A stretch of 63,219 bases of DNA, the filler included, from Octopus bimaculoides (taxonomy: Eukaryota), in the NCBI RefSeq assembly GCF_001194135.2. It is 5 parts of 4 records of this genome, joined end to end, with 100 filler letters (N's around TTAATTAATTAA, not from the genome) between each part and the next. Parts side by side here need not be neighbours in the genome. Positions count along the whole stretch, not along the records: positions 36,560 to 54,563 come from NC_068999.1; positions 54,664 to 59,546 come from NC_068987.1; positions 59,647 to 63,219 come from NC_068984.1; 2 more parts are not named here. One strand, given 5' to 3'. The notes beneath the pieces were generated by a model, which saw only the letters and a list, made by a program, of their open reading frames with translations, was not told where the DNA came from and did no database searches. The translations under genes and the position numbers were made by a program. Numbering within the stretch: the first letter of the stretch is position 1; each line of letters starts with the position of its first letter. This document shows positions 51,428 through 63,219 of the stretch, piece after piece.

Positions 51428-54099
51428 ATACATGTTTTAAGGTAGTGAAAGCGGCAATGTTGTTTATATTTAAATATTACTCTGGTCAGATTCAAGATTA
51501 GATAAGAGGTTCAATAGCCTCAGATACTACGCTGTATAATTACTCTCACAGTCACGTAATTTCACATAATACCATATGCTGCGATGCTGTTGTTTAACCC
51601 TAGGTTCGTCCTGGTGGAAACAAGCTGGGTTACCTTTTTTTAATATTCAGAGATAGTTAATCTAGAGTACATTTATCTAATGTCCCTCCCTAGTTTCGAA
51701 AGTGCCGTTTGGTTGTTATTTTAAGCAAATCAAATGATCCTGTTGAGCGGTCATGGACAAACTGCACCCCGCGTCACTTTCTGAATAACACGCCTAACGA
51801 AAAATTACCGTGAATTTTTTTTTTTAAGTAGTGTGGCCCGCCTGAGGCTGACTCATGCGGCCCGTTTCAATTAACTAATTGATTATTTGATTTAATCGCT
51901 AGGTCAATCAGTCAACTAGGTTTGTTAAAGCCCTTTCGTCGCCATTCGCGACCTCATCAACGCCGTGACCGCTCTACTTCAAACCGAACGATTAATAAAA
52001 AGAATAAATTAGCTAATTAGTTAAACGGTTAACTAACTGACTAGTAATAACAAAAGAAGTGAAACAGAACCAGTGCACGTACTTATTATTGATATAATTA
52101 CCCACCCAAGATAGAACAATACAATATTAAACGGTTACAGGTTTAGAGTACTGCTACGAGAAAAGTAGCGAAATAAAGAGGTCAGAGCGTTCTCTATATC
52201 GAAGGCAGGTCACGAAAACGACAATAGTGAAAGATATTTGGGTGATATAGAAACGAGAGAAATGGGGAAAGGCTGGTGAAATAGTAGACGAGACATGAAT
52301 GACGGCCGAGATGAAAGACAAACAACAATAACCGACAAGTAAAAACGAACACGAGTAAATGAGAAAATGTAACTTTGTGGGAGAGGAATGTATATGGATG
52401 TATATGGCTAAAAGTGATAAGATGACGTTGTATAAATAATAGTTGTGGAGAACATGTCTCCACCGGTCCATTTATACGGAATACATCGGCGGCGTGTTGT
52501 GTATTCATTTCAGAGTCCACTCCTACTTGGAGATATGGGTGGATGCCTTATGTGTAAAGCAGTTGGTGAGTTATATAACAACAACAACAACAATAATAAT
52601 AATTTTTTAAGTCCACAATGTTTCAGTTTCTCTTTTAGACTAAAGAAAAAAAAAATACTTGCAAAACACACACACACACATCATGACATTTCCTGACACC
52701 ATCATCATTATCATCGTTGTTGTTGTTGCATTAACGTCCATTTTTTCCAAGCTTGCATCAGTTAGAATTCGCTGAAGCGTAGTTTCTAAGGCTGGATAAC
52801 TTTCCTGTAGCCAACCATCACTTGTTTCCTTCCAAGGTAAAATTTCCTCGTGTCTGGACCATGTCTTCACCCGCGCCGGAGCCACGTAATAAAAGAGCAC
52901 CCGTGCCGGCACCACGTAAAANNNNNNNNNNNNNNNNNNNNNNNNNNNNNNNNNNNNNNNNNNNNNNNNNNNNNNNNNNNNNNNNNNNNNNNNNNNNNNN
53001 NNNNNNNNNNNNNNNNNNNNNNNNNNNNNNNNNNNNNNNNNNNNNNNNNNNNNNNNNNNNNNNNNNNNNNNNNNNNNNNNNNNNNNNNNNNNNNNNNNNN
53101 NNNNNNNNNNNNNNNNNNNNNNNNNNNNNNNNNNNNNNNNNNNNNNNNNNNNNNNNNNNNNNNNNNNNNNNNNNNNNNNNNNNNNNNNNNNNNNNNNNNN
53201 NNNNNNNNNNNNNNNNNNNNNNNNNNNNNNNNNNNNNNNNNNNNNNNNNNNNNNNNNNNNNNNNNNNNNNNNNNNNNNNNNNNNNNNNNNNNNNNNNNNN
53301 NNNNNNNNNNNNNNNNNNNNNNNNNNNNNNNNNNNNNNNNNNNNNNNNNNNNNNNNNNNNNNNNNNNNNNNNNNNNNNNNNNNNNNNNNNNNNNNNNNNN
53401 NNNNNNNNNNNNNNNNNNNNNNNNNNNNNNNNNNNNNNNNNNNNNNNNNNNNNNNNNNNNNNNNNNNNNNNNNNNNNNNNNNNNNNNNNNNNNNNNNNNN
53501 NNNNNNNNNNNNNNNNNNNNNNNNNNNNNNNNNNNNNNNNNNNNNNNNNNNNNNNNNNNNNNNNNNNNNNNNNNNNNNNNNNNNNNNNNNNNNNNNNNNN
53601 NNNNNNNNNNNNNNNNNNNNNNNNNNNNNNNNNNNNNNNNNNNNNNNNNNNNNNNNNNNNNNNNNNNNNNNNNNNNNNNNNNNNNNNNNNNNNNNNNNNN
53701 NNNNNNNNNNNNNNNNNNNNNNNNNNNNNNNNNNNNNNNNNNNNNNNNNNNNNNNNNNNNNNNNNNNNNNNNNNNNNNNNNNNNNNNNNNNNNNNNNNNN
53801 NNNNNNNNNNNNNNNNNNNNNNNNNNNNNNNNNNNNNNNNNNNNNNNNNNNNNNNNNNNNNNNNNNNNNNNNNNNNNNNNNNNNNNNNNNNNNNNNNNNN
53901 NNNNNACCCGCTACACTCTCTGAGTGGTTGGCGTTAGGAAGGGCATCCAGCTGTAGAAACCCTGCCAGATTAGATTGGAGCCTGGTGTAGCCATCTGGTT
54001 GCACCAGTCCTCAGTCAAATCGTCCAACCCATGCTAGCATGGAAAGCGGACGTTAAACGATGATGATGATGATGGATTCAGTGGGGCGATTTGTCCAGT

Positions 54100-54390
54100 C
54101 CAATGCAACGCTTCCACACCAAATGTCTCGATCGACCATAGAAGTCTTCAACATCTTCAGCTAGGCATCCAGTGTCTTCCGCAAGTTGATCGTTGTATCT
54201 GCTCTTCTATCTCGATGCATGGGTTTCCAACGAAGGAGATGGCTGGACATTTCATCCTCGCTTCTCTATCTTTGTCCTACACAACGCATTCTTTATTCTC
54301 TGACGATCCAGTTGATAGTAGGAGGACTGCCAGGCAGTCGCTGCTTTGTAAAGTGTTGCTGTACTAATGGTCTAACGCCCACCAAATCCC
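54100..54390 (-). mobile_element. RTE-like LINE 3' remnant
   Basis: Reads approximately PPTINWIVRE*RMRCVG..RSEDEMSSHLLRWKPMH...MVDRDIW, like RTE C-termini. Confidence 0.55.
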
Positions 54391-54406
54391 GCCACACAAC
54401 TAATTC

Positions 54407-54451
<45 letters not shown>

Positions 54452-54663
54452 CATACACACATTTCCACGCAGTGCTAAATATTACTCTTTCGTATCATAC
54501 TTATTCCTCAACATTTATTTATGTGTTTTCTTTTCTTTTTTTTTGTTTATTTATCTATTTATTNNNNNNNNNNNNNNNNNNNNNNNNNNNNNNNNNNNNN
54601 NNNNNNNTTAATTAATTAANNNNNNNNNNNNNNNNNNNNNNNNNNNNNNNNNNNNNNNNNNNN

Positions 54664-54701
<38 letters not shown>

Positions 54702-55096
54702 CAGACATATATATATATATAATACAGACATATATACAGACATATATATATATATATATATATAATCTATATGTACATGTATGTATGTATGTATGTATGT
54801 ATTATATACAATCATACACTAGCGTCCGCTCACCCGCGCACGTAAACACACGCAGTAAGCACAAGCACCCAAGCTAACAAACGTACAGACATCTGGTTTT
54901 GTTACGAGCTCGAACATAGACACAAAGCAAATAAAGACACACACACACACACATTCATGCATTCAAGATAGCAGACACACACACATACACACACACACAC
55001 ACAATTACACACAAACATGAGTACATAGATATGTGCACAAGGTTTCACGCACACAAACACGCTAATACACTCATATATATATATGTGTGTATGTAA

Positions 55097-55378
55097 AGTT
55101 AAACGCGCACACATTGCTAGAGTAACACAGACACAAAACAGACATCTGGAAATTACGCGCAGATGCAAGCAAAGACGCACAAGTCATGTACAAAGAGAAG
55201 TACTCAGAGAGAGAGAGAGAGAGATAGAAGAGACAGTAAGACAGGACTTGAGACAGCTAGAGAGTGAGAAAGAAGAAGATGAAGAGAGAGAGAGAAAGAA
55301 AGAAAGATAGAGTGTGGAATAGTAAATAAAAATGAGAAAGAGATACGATTTGACATAAAAACAGGTTTTAGCGCCGGA

Positions 55379-55414
<36 letters not shown>

Positions 55415-55754
55415 CTCTCTNNNNNNNNNNGGTGACAAGGATAACAAAACGAATTGAATTTTGCACCATTCGAAACCCTGCTTATTATGTTTCACTCCAT
55501 TGTCTTGTGTTGTGATATTCTTTTATACTTTTATTCCTTTCTTATGATTCAATCTTTGGACAGCGGCCATGCTGAGGTATCGACCTGAAGTGCTTTAGTC
55601 GAACGAACCGATCCCGGCAATTACTTTTCAGTCTGGTATTCATTTTATCGAAAACTTTTGCCGAATTGCTATGTTACGGGAACGTAAAGTAAACACAAGT
55701 TGTCAAGCGGTGATGAGGGACAAAGGCTCACACTTATAAATATATATACATACA

Positions 55755-55807
<53 letters not shown>

Positions 55808-57427
55808 GTGAATGTATGTATGTATATATGTATGTATTTGTATGTGTTTGTGTCTTTGTGTGTTTGTGTGCGTAATAAGTTGTCCTGAACTTGCCCAAGT
55901 GTAATGACTTGTCCTGTAATATTCAAGGTTTATAATCTTAGTATTATTTCTTTTGCGCGCGTTTTTCCATGTAATTTATTTTGTTTTTTTTTCCAGGCTA
56001 TGCTGTTATGCTAATTAATAATGTGTCAAATGTATCAATTAGCGGATCATTGATAATTTCTTCTTTTTTTTTTACCTCAATGATGCCGGTGACATATATT
56101 AAAAATCCCTTATAGAATTATATTCATAAAAATGTATAGAACAATATTATCACCTTCAAATTTGAGAAACAAACACCCATAACTGTTTTTTTCTTTTAAA
56201 ACATCATTGCATGAGATTGATACCATGAAATTCCTCTAATTGAGCTCTTTCATTTAAGCTTAATTAAAATATAGCTTGTTTTTAAAATAAAAAAGTTAGT
56301 TATACTTAAATCCTTTTTTTTGCCTTGTATTTTTTTTCGTAATATTTTACCTCACAACTTTTTTGATACACATTTTTGTTGCATGGGAACAAAACTATGA
56401 AATCCTTCATGCTTTCTTCTACCATTGAAGCTAAGATAAATATATTTTGCTTTTGAAATAAAAAACAGTTATTTAGATCTAAACTTGATTGGTGGGGTTA
56501 CTTACTCTCCTATAATGTTGTTACAAATTTTGATGTAGCCTTTGTTTCTATTGGATCAAATCTCAAATTTTTTATGTCAAAGGAAGTCATGCAGCCACTC
56601 TCCAAGTTTACCAGCAATGCCAAGGTCTCGCAGCTTGTGACATATTGTGCCATTATCTACGTTATCAAAAGCCTTTGCAAAGTCAAAATATATCATACTG
56701 ACATCTGAATGATCTAGCAGTTGCTTCAAAACCCAGTTATAGTGCCGTGAGAGCTGTGTCAGGCAGCTTCTTTCTGGACGGAAACCGTGCTGTGTATTGT
56801 TCAGTAAGTCACTTTCTTCTAGGAACATTATCAGTTTTTTTACTGATATGTGATTGGCCTGTAGCTTTTGACCTCTGCTCTGCTCCCATCTGTGGACAGG
56901 GTATATAATGTTTTCGTTTACTGCTTGCAGGTAAACTAGAAAAGTATCTGAAGTGGTTTCGCTAAAGTCTGCTTACATGATTTCAGGAGAATAGCTGGAA
57001 ACCATCAGGACCAGTTGCTCATTTCATCTATGAGCTCATTTCATCTATGAGCTCATTTTATCTATGGCCGCTGTTATATCTGTTTCCTCAATGTTGATGT
57101 AACCGGTGGTTGCCACTCATTTCTGTAGAGGTGTAATATTAAAGAATTCAACTGGTTCTTTTTATCTGCATGTGTCCCAAGGGCGGGAGGTGGAGACATT
57201 TTAAAATTGTTCATTGACTACTTCTCTTGTCCTTTCTGAGTCCACAGTCAGTGAACCATTTCCTTGGAACAATTGTCCTATTTTATGTTGTATTGTGGCT
57301 GTTTCGTTTGCAACTTTATAGAAAGCTTTAGAGTTTGTTTATATACTTTTCATAGCTACTGCTTCTGTTGCTGGTCTCTCCCCCCTCTCTCTCTCCCTCT
57401 CTTTCTCTTTCTCTCTCTCTCTCTCTC

Positions 57428-57489
<62 letters not shown>

Positions 57490-57624
57490 TCTTTCCTGTT
57501 CATGAGAGAGTTTGATCTTGTTTTTGATTTCTTTGAGTGTCCATATTGAAATAGACTTCTCTCCTTTAGCTGTCTATTCAACCGATTCGAGACCTTTGAT
57601 CTGTGTCTCATAAGGATTTTTCTT

Positions 57625-57672
<48 letters not shown>

Positions 57673-58481
57673 CGCACGCACGCACGCACGCACACGCACA
57701 CANNNNNNNNNNNNNNNNNNNNNNNNNNNNNNNNNNNNNNNNNNNNNNNNNNNNNNNNNNNNNNNNNNNNNNNNNNNNNNNNNNNNNNNNNNNNNNNNNN
57801 NNNNNNNNNNNNNNNNNNNNNNNNNNNNNNNNNNNNNNNNNNNNNNNNNNNNNNNNNNNNNNNNNNNNNNNNNNNNNNNNNNNNNNNNNNNNNNNNNNNN
57901 NNNNNNNNNNNNNNNNNNNNNNNNNNNNNNNNNNNNNNNNNNNNNNNNNNNNNNNNNNNNNNNNNNNNNNNNNNNNNNNNNNNNNNNNNNNNNNNNNNNN
58001 NNNNNNNNNNNNNNNNNNNNNNNNNNNNNNNNNNNNNNNNNNNNNNNNNNNNNNNNCGAATGGTGCAAAATTCAATTCGTTTTGTTATCCTTGTCACCAT
58101 GTTTAGGTCGATATGTCAGCTGACTCTTGCAATAATTGAAGAGGGGGACAGCAGAGTGAGGCAGAGAAAGAAATAGATAAATAGATAGATAGAGAGAGCG
58201 AAAGAGAGAGAGAGAGAGAGAGAGAGAGAAAGTCCGGCGCTAAAACCTGTTTTTATGTCAAATCGTATCTCTTTCTCATTTTTTTACTACTCCACACTCT
58301 TTCTTTCTTCTTCTTCTTTCTCACTCTCTTGCTGTCTCAAGTCCTGTCTTACTGTCTCTTCTATCTCTCTCTGAGTACTTCTCTTTGTACATGACTTGTG
58401 CGTCTTCGCTTGCATCTGCGCGTACTTTCCAGATGTCTGTGTTGTATCTGTGTTACTCTAGCAATGTGTGCGCGTTTAACT
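55097..58481. repeat. Inverted duplication (arms 55097-55472 and 58057-58481)
   Basis: About 400-bp arms in opposite orientation with scattered substitutions and different microsatellite lengths. Confidence 0.9.
56577..57260 (-). mobile_element. LINE (CR1/L2/Jockey-type) reverse transcriptase remnant
   Basis: ATGPDGF, AILLKSCKQTLAKPLQILF, a YRPI-like segment, then NTQHGFRPERSCLTQL...IYFDFAKAFDNVD...GKLGEWLHDFL. Frameshifted. Confidence 0.85.
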
Positions 58482-58698
58482 AAGTGTGGAGTGCTCAGCC
58501 ACTTACACGTTGATTTCACAAGCAGGTTGTTCTGTTGCTCGGATATCACCTGGAAAACTCGTCGTCGCGACCGACAGAGTGACAGTTTATATACATGTGT
58601 AAATGTATAATATATACATATTTTATATATAATACATCTATCTATCTATATATATATATATATCTATCTATCTATATATCTATCTATCTATCTATCTA

Positions 58699-58742
<44 letters not shown>

Positions 58743-59056
58743 NNNNNNNNNNATTGACCAAGGTTACCGTAGGCTTTTCCGTAGGCTTTTCTTTCCACGG
58801 CTAAACCTAAACTGTCCTCCCCTCTTTTTACACGAGAACAGTACTGTGATACACACGATCCCTATTGATCCCCCCACCTTTTTTTTCTCGATCCCTTTTG
58901 ATCGAACTCCCCCATTTTTCCTTCCTACGATCCCTTTTGATCGACACCTCCCTACTTTTTCCCCTTCCCCCTCCCAAAAAGAAAAGCTCTTCATTGTATT
59001 TGTCCCATCTTTGTTGAGCCCTGTGTGGCTAATAAAAGAAATGTATCTATCTATCC

Positions 59057-59118
<62 letters not shown>

Positions 59119-59321
59119 CAACCTATCTATCTATATATGTATATATATATATAAGGTTAGTAGAGTTAGAGGCTGGAATAATCGTTTCAGGGATAAAAAA
59201 TATCCGTTGTACTACCAGTATAATTACATATGTTAACCCTGGACATACATATTCAAGCATATTATGATCACAGATTACAGGTAATAACAAAGATAAATAT
59301 GGGTTTATTAGGAATTAAATC

Positions 59322-59503
59322 TAAAGTAAACAGAAAATGGAGAAATATTGATCAACAACAATTGACTTACATCAATTATCATTTTTTTAATTGAATACAA
59401 ATAGACTGCATGGGATCCAGTCTATTTGTATTGAATTAAAAAAATGATAATTGATGTAAGTCAATTGTTGTTGATCAATATTTCTCATTTTCTGTTTACT
59501 TTA
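59322..59503. repeat. Foldback inverted repeat (~87-bp arms, 9-bp spacer)
   Basis: 59322-59408 versus 59418-59503: 1 mismatch and 1 indel. A diverged solo arm lies at ~27365-27430. Confidence 0.95.
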
Positions 59504-59508
59504 TATAA

Positions 59509-59546
<38 letters not shown>

Positions 59547-59804
59547 NNNNNNNNNNNNNNNNNNNNNNNNNNNNNNNNNNNNNNNNNNNNTTAATTAATT
59601 AANNNNNNNNNNNNNNNNNNNNNNNNNNNNNNNNNNNNNNNNNNNNTTTGTAAATACCCCAAACGTTTTGCGATGTTTTTTTTTTCATCGTTGTCCCCAC
59701 TTTTGTTTTTTTTCTGCTTTGTTTTCGACCCCCTCGAAAAGAAAAAACTCTACATTTGTATTTTGACCCCTCTGTGTTGAGCCCTGTGTGCCTAATAAAG
59801 AAAC

Positions 59805-59844
<40 letters not shown>

Positions 59845-59944
59845 TTATCTATCTCTATAATCTATATACGTACCTACCTAAATACATACATACATAATAC
59901 ATACATACATAATACATACATACACACACATACATACATATACA

Positions 59945-59976
<32 letters not shown>

Positions 59977-60596
59977 GATATAGAGGTGTATATATGTGTG
60001 TGTAATTACATATATCTTCATATACGTATATCACTTAATGTGCACAGTATAAAGATACGAGCTGCTGATAATTCCTTGTGAAGACACGCCTCTAAGCCGG
60101 TTTTCATAACACGCTCTGTGTCACGAAGCAGTTTATCAAGCTTTAAGATCATGAAGTTGCTTCGAGACAAAGGGCGTGTTATAACAACCTGCCTAGACAT
60201 GTCTTCACAACAAGACTCTGTTAATAACTTGTATCGTAAAACTGTGTACATTAAATACTAGATGTATGTAAATTTCTGTATTATTAGTTCATTCAGAGGC
60301 GCATAGAAACCAACTTACGTGCGTGCATGCACGCGCTCCCGTGTGTGTGTGTTTGTGTGCTTGTGAATTATCTTAAACAAAACGAGGAAAGGGAATTATC
60401 CAATAATAGTAACCGGTTTACAAAGTTTCTTGCGAGAAGAATTCAAGGTGACGATGTGTCAAATTTCAGCTTCCAGCAAATTATATTTCTATCCAGTTAG
60501 ATAGCTATTGATCTATCTCTCTATACACACACACGCTCACAGGCACACAAATATGTAAACGCATATATGTATATATGTGTGTGTGTGAGCATATAT

Positions 60597-60630
<34 letters not shown>

Positions 60631-61334
60631 AATTTTTTCGTTAATTATTTGTTCCGCATTGAATTATTGTCGATCTTGGCAGGAATTGAATTCCGAACGT
60701 AAAGATGGTCGAAATGCCGATAAGCATTTTGCCTGGCGTGCTAACGATTCTCTCAGCTCGCCGCTTTATGAAAAGAAAAAATGAATAATAATATAGATTT
60801 CAAATTTTTGGCACAAGGCCAGCAATTCCTGGGAGGGGACAAGTGAATTACATAGACACCACTGATTAACAGGTACTTATATTATCGAGCCCGAAAGGAT
60901 GAATAAAAGGTAAAGTCGATCTCCGCGGAATTTGAACTCAGAACGTAAAGATGGTCGAAATGCCAGTAAGCATTTTGCGCGGGGTGCTAACGATTCTGCC
61001 AGCATGCCGCTTTAAGGTAATATAAATATTGGCTTCAGATTTTGGCACAAGGCCAGCAATTCCGGAGGAGGATCTAAGTCGATGACATCGACCCCAGGGC
61101 TCAAATTCCACCAAGGTCGACTTTGTTTTTCTTTCTTTTAGGGTCAATGAAACATGTACCAATTGAGCACTAGGTCGATGTAATCAACTTACCTTCTGCT
61201 CTTAACCTGCTAACCTTGCGCCAAAATTTGAAATCCATATCAAATTCGTTTAACAACATGGTTACATTCTCTCAACCCTTCATGGGATATGAAACAAACC
61301 AAACCGAACTCATTGATACCGTATAGTCCATGTG

Positions 61335-61389
61335 ACTTGTTGCTCACTGACGAGTGCACTGGAGCTGCATGAAACCAATGGGCAAGTGG
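61335..61389 (+). ncRNA. Degenerate type I hammerhead motif
   Basis: UUGCUCA-CUGACGA-GUGCA(cuggagc)UGCAU-GAAA-CCAA-UGGGCAA. 7-bp stem I and an intact core, but helix III and the cleavage site read CCAA instead of CGUH. Confidence 0.45.
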
Positions 61390-61600
61390 CATAAAATTAA
61401 TATCTGTAATAATATTAATATTTGTGATTTCACGTGATTCTTGCGAGTATATTTGCACATATATATTAGATTACATTATAGTACGCTCTGTATCGAATAT
61501 TGGACTCCGTTTCTACAGGATAAACCTATATTGCAAGATTTATTAGGAAATATTTGTATACGTACATGCTTATATTTATGTATGCATGTACGATTGTACG

Positions 61601-61638
<38 letters not shown>

Positions 61639-62849
61639 NNNNNNNNNNNNNNNNNNNNNNNNNNNNNNNNNNNNNNNNNNNNNNNNNNNNNNNNNNNNNN
61701 NNNNNNNNNNNNNNNNNNNNNNNNNNNNNNNNNNNNNNNNNNNNNNNNNNNNNNNNNNNNNNNNNNNNNNNNNNNNNNNNNNNNNNNNNNNNNNNNNNNN
61801 NNNNNNNNNNNNNNNNNNNNNNNNNNNNNNNNNNNNNNNNNNNNNNNNNNNNNNNNNNNNNNNNNNNNNNNNNNNNNNNNNNNNNNNNNNNNNNNNNNNN
61901 NNNNNNNNNNNNNNNNNNNNNNNNNNNNNNNNNNNNNNNNNNNNNNNNNNNNNNNNNNNNNNNNNNNNNNNNNNNNNNNNNNNNNNNNNNNNNNNNNNNN
62001 NNNNNNNNNNNNNNNNNNNNNNNNNNNNNNNNNNNNNNNNNNNNNNNNNNNNNNNNNNNNNNNNNNNNNNNNNNNNNNNNNNNNNNNNNNNNNNNNNNNN
62101 NNNNNNNNNNNNNNNNNNNNNNNNNNNNNNNNNNNNNNNNNNNNNNNNNNNNNNNNNNNNNNNNNNNNNNNNNNNNNNNNNNNNNNNNNNNNNNNNNNNN
62201 NNNNNNNNNNNNNNNNNNNNNNNNNNNNNNNNNGAATGATGTTGAGAGCAAATGGCGGGTTGCCAAAATATGAAGACCCAAACTCAGTGGTTTGAACTTT
62301 CAAATCACTGCTTTATTATCGTTCAGTCAAAATTTGGCAACACAAATGAGAATAAGCAAATAAATCGATAATTTGGAGCATTAATGATTCGGGTGAAAAG
62401 AAGGATGAGTAAAAAAAAAATAGGTCGACTTTGCCTTTCATCCTTTCGGGGTCGATAAATTAAGTACCAGTTACGCACTGGGGTCGATGTAATCGACTTA
62501 ATCCCATTGTCTGTCTTTGTTTGTCCCCTCTATGTTTAGCCCCTTGTGGGCAATAAAGAAATAAGAATAAAAAAGAAATACAGACATGGAAAGGAGTTCA
62601 GACTCCTGAAATTCTGGGGAGAAGGGACTGTGCATGGTGAATAGTACGGGTTTTGAAGATCAAATACAATGTGGGTCATAATCAGCTAGCTCCGTTGAAG
62701 TGAGGTCAATGTTCGTTTTCAATGTAAAGTGAAGAGCGCGTGCATTTGTGTCCCAAAAGTGTGAGTAACTCTGTTGTAGTCAGTTGGGTGGCCTTCTTTT
62801 GTAGGCGGCCTAGGAGGTTTGTATGGGTAACGTCGCCTCAGATGTATAT

Positions 62850-63185
62850 AGCTAATGAAGTCGATGCCGTAATTCCTGTTCCTTTGTCATTGAATAATTA
62901 ATATTATCCCCTGTACTCGATTAACACGTATGCCCCTCATTGTAATTCTTGTTGTTCACCGACCTGTGTACTGCATGTTGTGTCTACTGGTAGATGTATG
63001 GTGCTCCAAATCGGTCTGTCACATCACCTCGTTATCTATCTTGGAAACCAGGCAGATACACCTGTCTATCCTGCCATGGTCGTTGGTTGACGGTCCATCG
63101 ACCCACATATCGGACAGGGTTTCCTATTACTCCTGTTTTAGAGAACCACATTGGATGCCCTCTGCTTTGCTTCTTGCTTTTTCAG
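62850..63185 (-). mobile_element. Highly decayed RTE-like RT remnant
   Basis: DRCICLVSKIDNEVM*QTDLEHHTSTSRHNM resembles (F/Y)xYLGSxI...dI..RI; many stops. Confidence 0.35.

Positions 63186-63219
<34 letters not shown>

Noticed and set aside
16120-59602. Four identical TTAATTAATTAA palindromes (16120, 36504, 54608, 59591)
   Set aside because: Each is isolated within N runs and encodes stops in all six frames; a scaffolding spacer, not biology.

Overview
AT-rich animal genomic DNA with many assembly gaps, dominated by microsatellites, SINEs and retroelement remnants. The repeat landscape suggests an octopus or other cephalopod draft assembly (inference). Two protein-coding genes are supported. 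(1) An intronless, divergent tetraspanin at 35344-36021 (+). (2) The last three exons of a BCOR/BCORL1-like gene on the minus strand (50085-50162, 41129-41276, 39266-40202); they splice in frame into a post-ankyrin linker, a PUFD-like domain and an unusual ~225-aa low-complexity tail. The most interesting non-coding signal is a set of minimal type I hammerhead-ribozyme motifs. One has a canonical core (32212), two have a variant core in Penelope-like termini (15941, 28953), and three are degenerate (5511, 27445, 61335). Also present: Penelope RT and GIY-YIG remnants, R4/Dong-like, RTE-like and CR1/L2-like LINE remnants, Tc1/mariner ends, two hAT-type MITEs with 8-bp TSDs, at least four SINE families, several foldback palindromes and a ~400-bp inverted duplication. 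Most ORFs in the supplied track are microsatellite or gap artefacts. Family calls come from motifs recognised by eye and recalled sequences, not from database searches. Repeat boundaries are approximate unless TSDs are given.
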